A DNA stretch of 32,000 bases from Thermococcus kodakarensis KOD1 (GTDB lineage Archaea; Methanobacteriota_B; Thermococci; Thermococcales; Thermococcaceae), in contig NC_006624.1 of the NCBI RefSeq assembly GCF_000009965.1, positions 1,290,001-1,322,000 of the forward strand, read 5' to 3'. Position 1 is the stretch's first letter. Each line of letters begins with the position of its first letter. Both the position numbers and the translations under genes were made by a program. The notes beneath the pieces were generated by a model. That model was not told where the DNA came from. It ran no database searches and worked only from the letters and a program-made list of their open reading frames with translations. Positions 10,230 to 19,889 of the stretch are shown piece after piece.

Positions 10230-11564
10230 TCACTCAATCTCAACCGTGTATCCGTTCCTCGACACGAAGACATCTCTGCCGATCAGGTAGCCCTCTTCCT
10301 CGGCAAGCTCGGCGTAATGGGTGAGCATCCTGAACTCGCCGTGGGCCGGAACGATGTTCTCAGGGTTGAGCATCCTGAGGAGGTAGCGGTGGTCTTCCCT
10401 GCTCGCGTGGCCGGAGACGTGGAGATCTTTTATCATCCTGACGCCCTTCATCTTGAGTTTTGTCTCCAGGATGTAGCGCTGGGCCCTGTTGAGGGGGTTC
10501 GGTATCGTTCCAGCGGAGAAAACGACCGTATCCTGCTTTCCTATGTCGTAGAGCTCACCGTTGGCCATCCTGGTCAATACTGCCCCCGGTTCACCCTGAT
10601 GGCCCGTAACAACGAGGAGGTAGTTCTCCCTCGCTCCAGAGACTTCAGCGAGGACTTTCTTTATGGCATTCGGGCTTCTGACTGCCCTCGCTCCCTTCAT
10701 CTTTATCAGGCCGAGCTGTTTGGCTATTCCGGTGTACTTCGCCAGAGACCTGCCAACGAAGACGGCCTGCCTGCCCATCTTGTTGGCTATCCAGATAAGC
10801 TCCTGGAGACGGGCTATATGGCTGGCAAAGGTGGTCGCTATGAGACCCTTCTCGTCCATACCCTCGTAGAGGAAGAAGTCTTCCAAGAGCATCTGGGCAA
10901 CGGCCTCGCTCGGTGTCTTAGTCGGCTCTGCGACGCGGGTTGATTCGGCTATGAGAACCTTGACGCCCTCCTTGCCGAGCTCCTTTAGGCGTTTGTAGTC
11001 AGGCCTCTCACCGAGCGGGTTGTTGTTGTCGAACTTGAAGTCGCCGGTGTGGACGACCGCACCCTCGGGAGTGTGGACAACCACCATCGCCGCCTGAGGT
11101 ATCGAGTGAGTTATCCGTACGAACTCTATCGCCAGGTTCTCGCTCACCTGGACTATCTCGCCGAATTCCGTTTCGTACATCGGGTTCTTGACCTCGAAGT
11201 ACTGCTCGCTCTTGACCTCGCTCTTGGCCAGCTTTATCGTGTAAGGAGTCCCGTATATCGGAACGTCCGGGTAGTGAGGTGCTATTTTCCCGACCGCTCC
11301 AATGTGGTCGAGGTGGCCGTGGGTGAACGTTATCGCCACGACCTTCTTGTTTCTCAGAATTGAATCATCGGGTATTGCGCCGAGCCTCTGGAGTTCCTTG
11401 GTCGGGAACTGCTGAATGTTGACATCCTCGTGGATGAGAACGCGGTCGAGCCTTATGCCCATGTCAATTATAACGACTTCCTCTTTCCTGCCGTCAGAAT
11501 AGCCGACGGCGGTCATGTTCTTACCGACTTCCTCGTAGCCGCTGATTGTGTAAACTCTAATCAT
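10230..11564 (-). CDS. rnj: RNase J-like beta-CASP metallo-beta-lactamase ribonuclease (archaeal 5'-3' exoribonuclease)
   Basis: HxHxDH motif (THGHLDHIG), beta-CASP-type conserved Asp/His positions (TGDFKFD, VSGHAS, VPAHGE). The ~444 aa size matches euryarchaeal RNase J. GGAGGAGGAT SD upstream of ATG 11564. Confidence 0.9.
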   Translation of the reverse strand: MIRVYTISGYEEVGKNMTAVGYSDGRKEEVVIIDMGIRLDRVLIHEDVNIQQFPTKELQRLGAIPDDSILRNKKVVAITFTHGHLDHIGAVGKIAPHYPDVPIYGTPYTIKLAKSEVKSEQYFEVKNPMYETEFGEIVQVSENLAIEFVRITHSIPQAAMVVVHTPEGAVVHTGDFKFDNNNPLGERPDYKRLKELGKEGVKVLIAESTRVAEPTKTPSEAVAQMLLEDFFLYEGMDEKGLIATTFASHIARLQELIWIANKMGRQAVFVGRSLAKYTGIAKQLGLIKMKGARAVRSPNAIKKVLAEVSGARENYLLVVTGHQGEPGAVLTRMANGELYDIGKQDTVVFSAGTIPNPLNRAQRYILETKLKMKGVRMIKDLHVSGHASREDHRYLLRMLNPENIVPAHGEFRMLTHYAELAEEEGYLIGRDVFVSRNGYTVEIE

Positions 11565-11698
11565 GCCTAATCCTCCTCCTGCCCCAGGCCCCTCTCGAGG
11601 CGTGGGGCTGCGTTGCTCATAGTTGTTGTCATGGGTTTAAAAAGGTGTGCATTTGAAAGAAGTACGAGAAGAAAGAGGGAAAGCGCAAAGGACGGAAA

Positions 11699-12823
11699 TC
11701 AGATGCCCCTGTTCCTCAAGTAAGAGGGCAGGTCAATCCTCTGCTCCAGCCACTCCCTTGTGAAGCCCGTTATTACGAGCGGAACCTTTCTCAGCTCCTC
11801 GACATTTCTGGCCCCGACGAGGAACATGGCGTTTCTTATCTCCTCTATGTAACGCCTGAGGATTTTTATCACGCCCTCAACATCGCCCTTGACGGCCGGC
11901 TTGAGGAGTGGCAGAGCAACACCCGCGAAGGTGGCTCCCATCGCTAAAGCCTTCGCCATCGCTATGCCGTCCCTCATCCCGCCTGTGGCTATTATCGGGA
12001 GTTCTGTGGCGTACCTAACTTCCGCAACGCTGATGGCGGTCTTTATGCCCCAGTCCCAGAAGCGAAGGGCTAAGTCCTTTCCGATCTCATCTTTCGCACG
12101 ATAGTACTCCACACCGCTCCAGCTCGTCCCGCCGAGGCCACCCACGTCGATGGCGTCGATACCTATGCTCTCAAGCCTCACCGCGACCTCCATGGAGACC
12201 CCTGCCCCGGTCTCCTTCGCGATTATCGGATACGGAAACTCGGCCTTCAGCTCTGCTAAAGCCTTCAAAACGCCCCTGTACTGTGTGTCCCCCTCGGGCT
12301 GGACGCTCTCCTGGAGCGGGTTCATGTGGATGGCCAAGGCATCGGCTTGGATCGTCTCAACGGCCTTAAGCGCCTCCTCAAGGCCGTAGCGCTCCCTGAT
12401 TGTCTCGGAGAACTGAGGAGCACCGAGGTTTCCAACGAGAAACACATCGGGAGCAACGTCCCTAACGTAGTAGCTCTCCCAGGTCTCGGGCTTCCTTATC
12501 ATGGCCCTCTGACTGCCAACGCCCATCGGAATGTTGAGCTCCTGGGCGGCTTTGGCAAGGGTTTTGTTAATCCTCCCCGCGAGCTGTGAACCCTTCGTTC
12601 CGCCGGTCATTCCAGCGATGAAAATCGGATAGTCGAACTTCCTCCCAAGAAACTCGACGCTCAGGTCGATTTCATCCTTGTCAATCTCGGGCAGGCTCAT
12701 GTGGACGAAGTGGACATCCTCAAAACCGTTGGTGACATGCGCCTGGACGTTCCTCTTGAGGCAGTGCTCTATGTGCTCGAACTTCCTGATGATCGTGAGT
12801 TCCTCCCTATCAAACTCCCCCAT
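11699..12823 (-). CDS. fni: Isopentenyl-diphosphate delta-isomerase, type 2 (FMN-dependent)
   Basis: TIM-barrel IDI-2 motifs ([25 protein letters not shown]). ATG at 12823 is preferred. A GTG at 12874 would give a GTGA overlap with the upstream gene and remains possible. Confidence 0.9.
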   Translation of the reverse strand: MGEFDREELTIIRKFEHIEHCLKRNVQAHVTNGFEDVHFVHMSLPEIDKDEIDLSVEFLGRKFDYPIFIAGMTGGTKGSQLAGRINKTLAKAAQELNIPMGVGSQRAMIRKPETWESYYVRDVAPDVFLVGNLGAPQFSETIRERYGLEEALKAVETIQADALAIHMNPLQESVQPEGDTQYRGVLKALAELKAEFPYPIIAKETGAGVSMEVAVRLESIGIDAIDVGGLGGTSWSGVEYYRAKDEIGKDLALRFWDWGIKTAISVAEVRYATELPIIATGGMRDGIAMAKALAMGATFAGVALPLLKPAVKGDVEGVIKILRRYIEEIRNAMFLVGARNVEELRKVPLVITGFTREWLEQRIDLPSYLRNRGI

Positions 12824-12870
12824 TACAACCACCGAAGGAATAGAGGAAAAGAAGTTAAAGAAGTTTCCGC

Positions 12871-13548
12871 TCACTCCATCGCCTTCTCGATGAGCGCCCT
12901 CATGTGAATCTCTGCGCTGTCGAGGACTTCTATGCCGACGTCGCCGGGCTTTATTGCCAGCGGGAGCTCAGTACAGCCCAAGATTACACCCTCAACGCCT
13001 TCCCGGGCGTACTTTTCAATCAGCTCAACGAGGTACGGCTTGCTCTCAAGCTTGCCCAGGGCCAGCTCGTTGAATATTATCGAGTTTACCCTCTCGCGCT
13101 CTTCCTCGTCTGGAACTACAACCTGGAAGCCCTTCTTTTCGAGAGCCTCCCTGTAAAACGGCATTTCCATCGTGGTCTTTGTTCCGAGCAAGAGGAGCTT
13201 TTTAAGGCCGCGTCTCCTTGCCTCCTCCGCAACTGCATCTATTATGCTGACCATTTCAGCGTTCACGGCCTCCTGAACGTCCGGGAAGACTATGTGCGGC
13301 GTGTTCGCGGCGATGCCGATTACCTCCGCTCCGGCCCTCTCAAGGGCCTTAGCCGCTTCGATGAGCATCTCCTTCCTCCCTTCCCAGCCGCGCGGGTTGT
13401 CCTTGAAGGTCTTGAAGTTCATCGAGAAAACAACCAGCTCCGGGAAGAAGTAGGGCTCGAAGAGCTCCCTCGATATTTCGATGTATTTGCGGTAGTAGTA
13501 CTCGGTTGATTCAGGGGTTGTTCCGCCGATGAGACCTATCCATTTCAT
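12871..13548 (-). CDS. Asp/Glu/hydantoin racemase-superfamily protein (aspartate racemase-like, atypical active site)
   Basis: It has the N-terminal [12 protein letters not shown] and C-terminal GCTELP motifs of the family. The first catalytic-Cys motif reads AANTPH instead of the PCNTAH I remember from Pyrococcus AspR. ATG at 13548 is preceded by GGTGAT. Confidence 0.8.
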   Translation of the reverse strand: MKWIGLIGGTTPESTEYYYRKYIEISRELFEPYFFPELVVFSMNFKTFKDNPRGWEGRKEMLIEAAKALERAGAEVIGIAANTPHIVFPDVQEAVNAEMVSIIDAVAEEARRRGLKKLLLLGTKTTMEMPFYREALEKKGFQVVVPDEEERERVNSIIFNELALGKLESKPYLVELIEKYAREGVEGVILGCTELPLAIKPGDVGIEVLDSAEIHMRALIEKAME

Positions 13549-13629
13549 CGGGATCACCAACGCAAGTGGACAGAAATGGTTAATAGTCTTTCCAATGAAA
13601 GGGATTTCAAGAAAAGAAGGAAGTGAAGG

Positions 13630-14385
13630 TCAGGCCTCTTCCAGCCTTATTCCCCTGCTTTCGAGGTACTCAACGGTTTTCTCCAGTTCTCCTTCGTCCT
13701 CGGCAAAAATTATCAGCCCTATGTACTTCCCAAAGCCTTTGGGAGAGGAGTGAATTCTGACATTGAACCTCTCAAGCGCCTCCCTGAGAATGGGAGCCAG
13801 CTTGCTCTCGTCGGTTATCTCTGCCAGAAACTTTCTCTGAAGGAACTTCCTTCTTCCAAGTCTTGGAAGGACTTCCTTCTCAAGCATGGCCTTCATTTCC
13901 CTTGGCATACCTGGAAGGACGAATATCTTCACACCCTTATGCTCGATGAAAGCTCCGGGCGCGGCTCCCCCAGTGTTCTCAAGCGGCTCCGCCCCCTCTG
14001 GCAAATAGGCCATCTTCTTCCGCCCCTCGTTCAGACTCGGGTCGTCTATGTAGCCTTCGCTGTAGAGCTTCTCGTAGAAGGCCTTTATCCTCTCAAGGCA
14101 CTTCTCGCAGAGGACGAGCTTCCTGCCCAAAGCTTCAGCGACGGCCAACATTGTAACGTCGTCGTGAGTCGGACCAAGGCCGCCGCTGATGACGAGAACC
14201 TCAGGCTTCCTTGCAAGTATCTCCCCAACGACGGCCTTTATCTCCTCAACGTCGTCTCCGACCGTCGTTATCCTCCTCACCCAGTAGCCCTGCTCGGTCA
14301 GCTTCGAGGCTATGAAGGCAGAGTTGCTGTCGACGGTGTGGCCGGTCAAAAGCTCATCGCCGATGGTGAGGACTTCGGCGAACAT
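13630..14385 (-). CDS. CinA-like / MoCF-biosynthesis (MoaB-MogA fold, COG1058) domain protein
   Basis: AEVLTIGDELLTGHTVDSNSAFIA and SGGLGPTHDD motifs are typical of the CinA N-terminal domain. The start is either ATG 14385 or GTG 14394 (GTGA overlap with the ipk stop). Confidence 0.75.
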   Translation of the reverse strand: MFAEVLTIGDELLTGHTVDSNSAFIASKLTEQGYWVRRITTVGDDVEEIKAVVGEILARKPEVLVISGGLGPTHDDVTMLAVAEALGRKLVLCEKCLERIKAFYEKLYSEGYIDDPSLNEGRKKMAYLPEGAEPLENTGGAAPGAFIEHKGVKIFVLPGMPREMKAMLEKEVLPRLGRRKFLQRKFLAEITDESKLAPILREALERFNVRIHSSPKGFGKYIGLIIFAEDEGELEKTVEYLESRGIRLEEA

Positions 14386-14390
14386 ACCCC

Positions 14391-15179
14391 TCACCTCAGC
14401 CTCGTTCCGAAGCCGTCCCCCCTAATAGCCCCGCTCAGCCTGCCAGGAACTTTACCGTTCACGAACCAGACTTCAGAGTAGTGGGCCATCTCGTAGGCTT
14501 TCCTCAGCTTGTTGCATATCCCCCCGGTAACGTCTGTCCCGGCGGCGGTGCAATGAAGCCTTTCAAGGAGGGCAGGAACTTCCTCGCGGGCAAGTTCCGG
14601 AATGAGAGTCCCCTCGCCAGGTTTTCCGTCGTAGATGCCGTCAACGTCCATGAGGAATATCGCCTTCTTCGGCTTGAGCATTTTCGTGAGGTACGCCATT
14701 ATCTGGTCGCCTGAGAGGATGTCTATTCCCTGGGCGACATCAACGGAAACATCACCGAAGAGGATTGGAATGAAATCCAGCTCAAGGAGCTTCTCAATGA
14801 CCTCTATGTCGGCGTAGAGTATCTCCCCTCTTTCCGTTATGAACAGGGAGGAAGTGGATATTGAAAACCCTGGAAGGTTGTGGTCAGTAAATATCTCAAC
14901 GAACTTGGAATTGGCCCTAAGCATTGACTGATGAGTTAGTGAAAAGCCGAGTCTCCTCCAGCTGTCAATCCCCCAGCTCCCGGAAAGCCCCTCTCTTATG
15001 GAGTACTCTTTAGCATAGTGGTGTCCAAAGCTGCCTCCCCCATGGACTATAACGAATTTTTCATCGGGATAGAACTCAGCCAGCTCTCTTGCAATTTCCT
15101 CAACGACGTCCGTCCTGAAGTTTTCTGGCTCCCCCCTCTTATCACTGAAGACGCTACCGCCGATCTTGATGAGTATCAC
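14391..15179 (-). CDS. ipk: Isopentenyl phosphate kinase (amino-acid-kinase fold)
   Basis: MILIKIGGS...[11 protein letters not shown] motifs, ~260 aa, adjacent to mvk. The GTG start overlaps the mvk stop (GTGA). Confidence 0.85.
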
Positions 15180-16189
15180 TCTTCCACCTCCTCAATCCTC
15201 ATGCCCTCCCTGCTTATCTTCGTTATCATCGGCGTTCCGCCGGCTATGGTTATGGCCGTTGCCACCTCGCTCTGCTTCCCAGGGGCGAGGGCGTACATAC
15301 AGCCACCGCCACCAGCACCGGTAATTTTTGCTCCAAGAGCGCCGGCGGTTCTGGCAGCGTAAACCAGCTCGCTGAGCTTCTTGGTCGAGACGCCAAGAGC
15401 ATCGAGGAGGCCGTGGTTTATGTTCATTAGCTTCCCGAGTGTCTGGAACTTCAGTTCCCTGTCGAGGTCGGAGGTGATGACTTCCCTGGCCTTCTCAACG
15501 AGCCTGCCCATTGAGTTCAATATCGGCTCGAATATCTCTGGCATCTCCTCGTAGTTTTTCCTGACCATTGCAACGAGCTCTTTCGTGGACCCGCTCGAAC
15601 CTGTGTATCCAACGACTAGTGGAAGCTCCATGAAGGGAAGGTGCTCGAACTTCCCCTTCTGGTAGTGTATGAAGCCGCCTATGGCGGAAACTGTTGGATC
15701 GATGCCGCTCGATGCGCCTTGGACGAGGAGCTCAACCTTGTGGCCGAGCTTTCCAACCTCCTCGTTGCTCAGCTCGAGGCCGAGGAGCCTTGAGACCGCC
15801 CCGATGGTCGCAACGGCAACGGCAGCAGAGCTTCCAAGACCAGCGCCGACGGGAATCTGGGAGGTTATCGAGACGGTTATGCCCTTCCCGTTTACGTCCG
15901 CTTCTTCCCTTACGAGCTCTATCGCCTGCCTGACGTAGCCGAGAACTTCAGCGGCCTTTCCGTAGTCGCTCTCGAAGTAGATGCTGTCCTCGGTGAAGGA
16001 AACTATCAGGCCTGGAGTCCTTATGTCATGGGCCTCTATCTTTATCGCTCCCGTATCGTTGAACTCGGCGCTGACGTACGTCCTCAGGTCTATGGCAGCC
16101 GCTATGGCGGGTTTTCCGTAAACAACGCTGTGCTCTCCAAAGAGGATAATTTTAGCCGGTGCCGAGGCAAGAACCCTTTTAACGCTCAT
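15176..16189 (-). CDS. mvk: Mevalonate kinase (GHMP kinase)
   Basis: [17 protein letters not shown]-terminal motif, GHMP motif [11 protein letters not shown], and C-terminal KITGAGGGG. The ATG overlaps the stop of the HEPN gene (ATGA at 16186-16189). Confidence 0.93.
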
Positions 16190-16608
16190 TTTTGACCCTC
16201 CAAAAACTTCTCTATAGTCTCAATGAACTCATAAATGTCATCTAGATGCTCGCGAAGTGCCTCAAAGGCAAGTTCATCGTTTATCCTGCCGTATCTATGA
16301 ACCAAGACGTTTCTAAAGCCCTTCATGAGCCTCAGCTTTTGGGCCAGCCCCTTGGAGATGATCCCTCCTCTAACAAGTCCTTCAAATACGTCCTCTTCCT
16401 TCTCAGGGATTCCCAGCTTTAGGTCAGAGTTTATGATTGCGCAGATATCGATGACGTTCTGTATAGCAAACTCAACGCGCTTGTAAATCCCGTCCTTTAT
16501 GAGACCCAGCGACTGGAAGGTCTCGAAGTCCTCTGGCAGGTGCTCTTCAACCAGCTTCAGGCTTTCTAGTATTTCCTCGATCTTCGAGCGTATCAGCTCA
16601 ACCCTCAT
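16186..16608 (-). CDS. hepT: HEPN-domain protein (DUF86, HepT-like toxin)
   Basis: Rx4H motif RNVLVHRY near the C-terminus, ~140 aa. ATG at 16608 forms an ATGA overlap with the stop of the upstream MNT gene. The longer ORF-track start (16662) lies inside that gene. Confidence 0.8.
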
Positions 16609-16979
16609 TCTATCGCCTCCAGGCCGAGGTAGTCGTAATAATAGCGCTTGAAGTCCTCCCACTCCTTCAAAACCTCATAGGCGAGGTCGTAGAGAAAAGT
16701 CTCGTCGCGACAGAAGAGAATCTTCCCCTTGAGGCACTCCCTTTTCAGGGGCAGAGGAAGGAGCTGGAAGATCTGAACGTCATATTTGTCCGGAAGGTTT
16801 CCCAGAACGAGCACCCTGAACCTGAAGGCCTCCTTTTCGTTCCCTTCGTAATAAACGCAGAGGTCGTAGTCGCTGTCTTTGCGAGCGTCTCCCCTCGCCC
16901 TCGAGCCAAAGAGGATTATAAACTTGACCTTATCTCCACCAAGCTGGAGGATTCTGGCAACGGCCTCGTCGAGGTTCAT
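16605..16979 (-). CDS. mntA: Minimal nucleotidyltransferase (MNT, MntA-like antitoxin)
   Basis: GSxxRG...DxD signature (LFGSRARGDARKDSDYDLCV), 124 aa, immediately upstream of and overlapping the HEPN gene. Confidence 0.85.
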   Translation of the reverse strand: MNLDEAVARILQLGGDKVKFIILFGSRARGDARKDSDYDLCVYYEGNEKEAFRFRVLVLGNLPDKYDVQIFQLLPLPLKRECLKGKILFCRDETFLYDLAYEVLKEWEDFKRYYYDYLGLEAIE

Positions 16980-17015
16980 AGTAGAAAATATGGAAAAGGG
17001 CTTATCACACTTTCG

Positions 17016-17894
17016 CTAGCGCCTGAAGACTATGCTCGCGTACCCGACAACTGCTTCTGTTGAGCGGCTCACCTCAAAGCTCGTTGTGTAGTGGAGAAGC
17101 TCAGCCTCGACCGCACCAGCGAGGCGGGAGTAGACTATTGCAGTCCCTACACCGCCAGGCCCGCACATGGTGTGGTTCATCTCCCTTATCTCCTCAAACA
17201 TCCCCCTTACGTCGAAGTCGAGGATTCTCCTTATTATCCTGAAGTCCCACTCCTTTATCCTGTGGGGGAGCTCGTCCGCCCTCGCTCTGAAGGGCACGTA
17301 GCCGTAGATCTGGCCGTAGTGCATGAAGTCAGTGCTCGCTATGACCACCACGTCCTTTCCTAGCTCCCTGCTCGCCTCGAAGATGGCCCTCCCAAGGTCT
17401 TCGGCAACGTCTTCGTCCTGAATACCGAGTGTTATCGGGACGATCTTGACTTCCTTTCCTGCCTTCTCCGCGAGGTACTGTATGAACGGAACCTGAACCT
17501 CGATGGAGTGCTCGTATTTGTGAGCGAGGTCGTCAAGGTCAGCTATGCCTGAGATTTTTGCTATCTCCCTGGCAAGCTCGCCGTCGACCTCAATCTCGCC
17601 GAGCGGCGTTATCCAAGTGCCCGGAGGGTGAACCGCTATCGGAGAGCCGAGGCCGGTGTGGTTCGGCCCGAGGATCACGAACGTCTCCGGAAGACCGTCC
17701 TCAAAGATGGCCTTATAGGTTCTGCTCGCCGTGTAGCCGGAGAATATGTAGCCCGCGTGAGGCGCAACACCTGCGGTTATCCTTCTATCATTCCCCTCCT
17801 CGCCGAGGTCGCTGAAGAACCTCTCCAGCATGAGGACTAGCTCCTCGTCAGCGGGATAAAAGCTTCCAGCTACAGCGGGATACCTTACCACCAT
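17016..17894 (-). CDS. Memo-like protein (AmmeMemoRadiSam system protein B family)
   Basis: [11 protein letters not shown]-terminal motif and His/Asp metal-site pattern (APHAGY, HS..VQ.PF) of the MEMO1 family. ATG 17894 is preceded by GGGGTGAT; alternative starts are at 17900 and 17909. Confidence 0.85.
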   Translation of the reverse strand: MVVRYPAVAGSFYPADEELVLMLERFFSDLGEEGNDRRITAGVAPHAGYIFSGYTASRTYKAIFEDGLPETFVILGPNHTGLGSPIAVHPPGTWITPLGEIEVDGELAREIAKISGIADLDDLAHKYEHSIEVQVPFIQYLAEKAGKEVKIVPITLGIQDEDVAEDLGRAIFEASRELGKDVVVIASTDFMHYGQIYGYVPFRARADELPHRIKEWDFRIIRRILDFDVRGMFEEIREMNHTMCGPGGVGTAIVYSRLAGAVEAELLHYTTSFEVSRSTEAVVGYASIVFRR

Positions 17895-17928
17895 CTCCAT
17901 CACCCCCAATGGATTTTAGCTCGAGAGT

Positions 17929-18993
17929 TTAAATACCTTCGGTTATTTTAAGGCCCGAACCAGATAGGGGAAGGAGAACTTTGGAACCTTCGGGTATTTC
18001 ACCCGAATCCACGAGCTTCCACATCCCAGCAAGAACAACGGCAGATGTCGGTTCTACAAGGAAGCCCGCGTTGATGAGCCACTCAAGCGCTTCTCTCGTC
18101 TCGGCCTCACCAACGCTCACGCAGAGGCCGTTACTCTCCTCCAGAGCCCTGAGCATGTCCTCCTTTCGCGGAGGCTCGGGAATTGCTATCCCGTCGGCGA
18201 GGCGGTTTTTCATTACGGAGCGCTCGCAGAGGCTCTCGTAACCTTCTGCCTGGACGGCTACAAGCCGGGGGGCCTCGTTTATCTCCCCCATCTCTCTAAG
18301 CTCTCTAAAGCCCTTCCAGAGACCGAGGAAGAGCGTTCCAGAACCTGTTGGGGCGAAAGCATAGTCCGGAACTCCCACCTGCTCGTAGGTCTCGTAGGCG
18401 ATGAGCTTCGTCCCCTCGATGAAGTAAGGGTTGAGCCAGTGGGTCACGTAGGTTATACCCTCCCTCTTCGCGAACTCTATAGCCTCTTTGTGAACTTCCA
18501 TTCTGTCCCCATCAACGAAGTGAATCACCGCCCCAAGCCGCTGGAGTAGGGAAATCTTTGCGGGCATTGCGTCATAGGAGACGAAAGTGTGAACCCGGAT
18601 TCTAGCGGGAAGTGAGTAGAGGGCGAAGCTCAAAGCCGCGTTTCCCGAGCTGTCGATTACTACTTCACTTACCCCCTCCTCCATCAGCTTTGCCACAGTC
18701 ACCCACGTGCCCCTGTCCTTAAACGAGCCGCTTGGCTGGAGGTAGTCGAGCTTGAAGAGAGCAGTAACAGGGCCGACCTGAAGTTCAACCGTTGGCGTTA
18801 TGGCGGGTACTGGCGGTGGAAGAAGGTTACCGCTAACGGGCAAAAAGTTGATGTATCTCCTTGCATCAAGGTAGGGCATGAGGCTCCCGAAGAAGTCGAA
18901 GTACTCCCTCTCCACAAAGAGCGTTCCGCCGCAGTCGCACTTCAGCATGAAGGTCTCAGGATAGGTTTTTCCGCACCTTGAACACCTGAGCAT
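17929..18993 (-). CDS. Threonine synthase-like PLP-dependent enzyme (tryptophan-synthase-beta fold) with an N-terminal Cys4 zinc ribbon
   Basis: The PLP-lysine motif SGSFKDRG is typical of ThrC. Also the N-terminal CSRCG...CDCGG and a glycine-rich PLP phosphate loop (PTGSGT). The exact reaction cannot be determined from sequence. Confidence 0.75.
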   Translation of the reverse strand: MLRCSRCGKTYPETFMLKCDCGGTLFVEREYFDFFGSLMPYLDARRYINFLPVSGNLLPPPVPAITPTVELQVGPVTALFKLDYLQPSGSFKDRGTWVTVAKLMEEGVSEVVIDSSGNAALSFALYSLPARIRVHTFVSYDAMPAKISLLQRLGAVIHFVDGDRMEVHKEAIEFAKREGITYVTHWLNPYFIEGTKLIAYETYEQVGVPDYAFAPTGSGTLFLGLWKGFRELREMGEINEAPRLVAVQAEGYESLCERSVMKNRLADGIAIPEPPRKEDMLRALEESNGLCVSVGEAETREALEWLINAGFLVEPTSAVVLAGMWKLVDSGEIPEGSKVLLPLSGSGLKITEGI

Positions 18994-19054
18994 GCCATCA
19001 CCTTTTTTAGGTCTTGGGAAAAGTAAATGATATCAAGTTAAAAAGGTGGTTGCC

Positions 19055-19888
19055 ATGGTCGAGAAGTTCGTTTCCGCAGAGAGACCGCAGACCGAGGAAG
19101 GAATGCAGTACCATATAGCCTGCAAGCCGGGCGATGTTGCTCGCTACGTCCTTCTTCCGGGCGATCCAGAGAGAGTACCCAAGATAAGCTCGCTCTGGGA
19201 TGAGGCGAGGGAGATAGCATTCCACAGGGAGTACAGGACGCACACCGGAAAGTACAAAGGAGTGCCGATAAGCGTTACCTCAACGGGCATAGGCGGGCCA
19301 TCAACCGCTATAGCCATCGAAGAGCTTGCGGCGATAGGGGCGGACACCTTCATCCGCGTTGGCTCCACGGGTGCAATACAGCCCGGGATTGAGATAGGAG
19401 ACCTCATCATAGCGAAAGCTGCTGTTAGGCTTGAGGGAACTTCAAAACAGTACGTAAGGGTCGAATATCCTGCCGTTGCAGACCTTGAGGTCACCCTCGC
19501 CCTCATAGAGGCCGCCGAAAGCCTTGGAGTGAGATACCACATAGGAATAACGGCTTCAACCGACAGCTTCTACCTCGGACAGGGTAGGCCAGGGCTGAAC
19601 GGCTACTTCCCAAGCTTTGCCAGGAACCTCGTTGACGACCTCAGACAGGCCCGCGTGACGAACTTCGAAATGGAGGCCGCGACTCTCTACACGCTCGCCA
19701 ACATCTACGGGCTCAGGGCGGGCTGTGTGTGCGCAGTATTCGCCAACAGGGTAACAAACGAGTTCGGTAAGGCGGGCGAGAAGGAGGCTGCTTTGGTCGC
19801 GAGTGAGGCCGTCAAGATACTCGCGGAGTGGGACGAGGAAAAGGAGAGGGCCGGAAAGAGGGTATGGCACCCTGGCATGAGGGGTTGA
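19055..19888 (+). CDS. udp: Uridine phosphorylase (NP-I family, hexameric PNP/Udp type)
   Basis: LLPGDPERV, STGIGGPS and EMEAATL motifs. ATG 19055 is preceded by AGGTGG at a 5-nt spacing; the track start at 19046 is GTG. Confidence 0.85.
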   Translation: MVEKFVSAERPQTEEGMQYHIACKPGDVARYVLLPGDPERVPKISSLWDEAREIAFHREYRTHTGKYKGVPISVTSTGIGGPSTAIAIEELAAIGADTFIRVGSTGAIQPGIEIGDLIIAKAAVRLEGTSKQYVRVEYPAVADLEVTLALIEAAESLGVRYHIGITASTDSFYLGQGRPGLNGYFPSFARNLVDDLRQARVTNFEMEAATLYTLANIYGLRAGCVCAVFANRVTNEFGKAGEKEAALVASEAVKILAEWDEEKERAGKRVWHPGMRG

Positions 19889-19889
19889 A

